Origin: Mobula hypostoma
Taxonomy: Eukaryota
Direction of reading: 5' to 3'
Length of the DNA: 64,000 nucleotides
NCBI RefSeq assembly: GCF_963921235.1
Contig: NC_086108.1
Location: 12,896,001-12,960,000, forward strand
In this document: positions 61,781-64,000 of the stretch, one piece after another
Position numbering within the stretch: the first letter of the stretch is position 1
Layout of the letters: the number at the start of each line of letters is the position of its first letter
Notes under the pieces: generated by a model
What the model was told of the DNA's origin: nothing
The model's input: the letters and a program-made list of their open reading frames with translations, nothing else
Database searches by the model: none
Position numbers and translations under genes: made by a program

Positions 61781-63255
61781 CACCATTCGCTATGACAACA
61801 TTAATCCCAACTATCAGCATTGGCTATGACAAGATTAATCCCCACTATCACCCCTGGTAATAACATCATTAATCCCCACTATCACCCCTGGCTATGACAA
61901 CATTAATCCCCACTATCACCCCTGGCTATTATAACATTAATTCTCACTATCACCCCTGGCCTTGAGAACATTAATCACCACAATCAGCCCGGGCTATGGC
62001 AACATTCATTGACACTGTCACCCCTGCTATGACAACATTAATCCCCATTATCACCCCTGGCAATGACAAATTAATCCACACAATCACCCCTGGCTATGAC
62101 AATATTAATCCCCATTATCACTCCTGGTAATGACAGACATTAATCCTCACTATCACCCCTGGGTATGACAACTTTAATCCCCACTATCACCATTCGCTAT
62201 GACAACATTAATCCTCACTATCAGCACTGGCTATGACTTGATTAATCCCCACCATCACCCCTGCTATGGCAACATTAATCCCCACTATCTACCCTGCTAT
62301 GACAACATTAATCCCCACTATCACCCCTGGTAATGACAAACATTAATCCCCACTATCACCCCTGGGTATGACAACATTATTCCCCACTATTACCATTGGC
62401 TATGACAACATTAATCCCTACCGTCACCCCTGGTTATGACAACATTAATCCCCACTGTCACTCCTGCTATGACAACATTAATCCCCACTATCACCCCTGG
62501 CTATGACAACATTAATTCTCACTATCAACCCTGGCCATGAGAACATTAATCCCCACAATCAGCCCTGGCTATGGCAACATTTATCCCCACTATCCTCTGG
62601 CTATAACAACATTAATCCCCACTATCACCATTGGCTATGACAACAGTAATCCCTACTATCACCCCTGACCATGAGAACATTAATCCCCACTATCAACCCT
62701 GGCTATGACAACATTAATCCCTTAATCACCCCTGGCTATGACAACATTAATTCCCACTTTCGCCATTGGCTATGACAACATTAATCCCCACTTTCGCCAT
62801 TGGCTCTGGCAACATCAATCCCCACTACCACACCTGGCTATGATAACATTCATTCCCACTATCACTCCTGCTTTGACAACATTAATCCCCACTATCACCC
62901 CGGCTGTAACAACATTAATCCCCACTATCACCCTGGCTATGACAACATTAATCCCTATTATCACCATTGGCTATGACAATATTAACCCTCACTATCACCC
63001 CCGCTATGAGAACATTAATCCCCACTATCACCCCTGGCTGTGACAACATTAATCCCCACTATCACCCCTGGCTATGACAACATTTATCCCCACTATCACC
63101 CCCGCTATGACAACGTTAATCCCCACTATCACCTTTGGCTTTGGCAACATTTGTCCTCAATATCACCATTGGCTATGACAACATTAATGCCCACTAGCAC
63201 CATTGGTTTTGCCAACATTAATCGCTACTATCACCCCTGGCTATGACAACATTAA

Positions 63256-64000
63256 GGAACCACTCTGCATATCTGTAGAAATTTGGTAAGATTTTTGGTG
63301 ACATCCGAAATCTGCTCAAATGTCTAATTATGTAGTCACTGGCATGCAGCACTTCATTGCAGCTCTATAATGCAGAATGTAATCTAATAGAAATATGAAT
63401 TACTGTCAGGGCATGCTCTGGCCTATCACCCTTCATGGTGAACTGATTTCTCCCCTTTATCACTGGGTAGAGTCCTGTGGTGAACTCCTGTGTTGGCCTT
63501 GCCTTCTAGTTCCCTGATGTGTTGTTACCTCTGTCATTTGAAGCCACAAAATTCTTTGTTGTTGTTATATTTTTTATTTAACAAAGGCAAACTTGTGTGC
63601 GTTTTCAAATGCTGGAAGATATTTGATTTACAGATTTACAGGATAGCTTCTGTTCAACCACATTTTACTCGGGACCTTCACCTTCGCCCCACCAAGAGCA
63701 TGGGTGTCCCATTCACCAATGTGACTTCCTGTTCCAGGTGAACCACCTGCAATGTCCACTGGGAACTGAAGTTCTTTAGTATGTACACCCATAATAACAC
63801 ATCTTCCTCAATTAAAGAAAACAAACACAATAGTATGTCCTCATAAACCTGTAAGACACAATAATATTTTCCAACAAAGATATTTACATTAACTTAAATT
63901 GTAATGAGCAAATACAGTCCCTGATTCACCCAACCACTCTCAATCTGTCTCTGGCGTGGCTTAATGATCCCTTTTGAACTGCTTTTTGTTTCCACAGATA
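63256..64000. other. Unique, non-satellite flanking sequence (AT-rich, intron-like or intergenic)
   Basis: The 33/34-bp periodicity is lost immediately after ...GACAACATTAA at 63255. Composition becomes mixed with T-tracts, and no long credible ORF is present. Confidence 0.9.
63682..63848 (-). other. Weak candidate spliced exon (167 bp), product unrecognised
   Basis: On the minus strand a T-rich acceptor-like TATTATTGTGTCTTACAG|G precedes a stop-free frame VYEDILLCLFSLIEEDVLLWVYILKNFSSQWTLQVVHLEQEVTLVNGTPMLLVGR, which ends at a donor-like AAG|GTGAAG overlapping a TGA. I recognise no homology and this could be chance. Confidence 0.15.

Larger units (their letters stand above)
1..63255. repeat. 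Large tandem satellite array, 33/34-bp monomer (consensus GGCTATGACAACATTAATCCCCACTATCACCCCT), about 1,900 head-to-tail copies; open at the left window edge
   Basis: The monomer recurs continuously from base 1 to 63255; a perfect consensus copy is at 25807-25840. Main forms are the 34-bp -CCCCT, -CCATT and -CCACT tails and the 33-bp single-G form. Copy number is length divided by about 33.7 bp. I saw no inverted segment or foreign insertion. Confidence 0.98.

Noticed and set aside
744..63246. Dozens of 60-125 aa ORFs (MTTLIPTITPA, YDNINPHYHP and VIVGINVVIAG repeats)
   Set aside because: They are direct translations of the monomer. Each 34-bp unit shifts the frame into one containing TGA and TAA, so ORF length only tracks local runs of 33-bp units.
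1..63255. Giant mucin-like Thr/Pro-rich exon broken by sequencing frameshifts
   Set aside because: 34-bp monomers are the majority, and the 33/34 pattern is reproduced faithfully between duplicated blocks, so the frameshifts are real sequence rather than random errors.
1..63255. CRISPR array (repeat length is in the CRISPR range)
   Set aside because: The repeats are directly adjacent with no unique spacers, and there is no leader or cas gene.
1..63255. Canonical telomerase-made telomere
   Set aside because: I saw no short perfect repeat such as (CCCTAA)n. Monomers are heterogeneous and propagate in kb-scale duplicated blocks, which fits recombination rather than copying from one RNA template.
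1..63255. One regular higher-order repeat spanning the array
   Set aside because: Marker spacings differ by region (1040, 1486, 1576, 1885 bp and others), and each period persists for only about 2-3 copies.
63251..63270. piggyBac or other transposon end at the TTAA junction
   Set aside because: No recognisable terminal inverted repeat, second TTAA-bounded end or transposase sequence is visible in the window.
63490..63741. 83-aa plus-strand ORF in the flank
   Set aside because: It has a non-ATG start, crosses a low-complexity T-rich tract and has no recognisable domain, which is consistent with a chance ORF.

Overview
Positions 1-63255 are one uninterrupted, single-orientation tandem array (large satellite) of roughly 1,900 copies of a 33/34-bp monomer, consensus GGCTATGACAACATTAATCCCCACTATCACCCCT, with common tail variants -CCATT and -CCACT and a 33-bp form lacking one G. 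It is strongly C-rich on + and G-rich on -. It is divided into domains carrying their own diagnostic variants and has nested higher-order duplications at offsets I could trace by eye (about 170, 232, 300, 304, 371, 1040, 1486, 1576, 1885, 3200, 3700, 3850 and 6240-6520 bp). The array ends abruptly at ...CAACATTAA| (63255). It is followed by about 745 bp of unique, eukaryote-like sequence containing a possible decayed monomer and a weak candidate minus-strand exon. All ORFs inside the array are translations of the repeat. I found no supportable gene, RNA gene, transposon or CRISPR array, and I cannot name the satellite family or the organism. The best leads are the telomere-like strand polarity with G-quadruplex potential, the dense transcription-factor motif content of the monomer, and the readable expansion history of the array.
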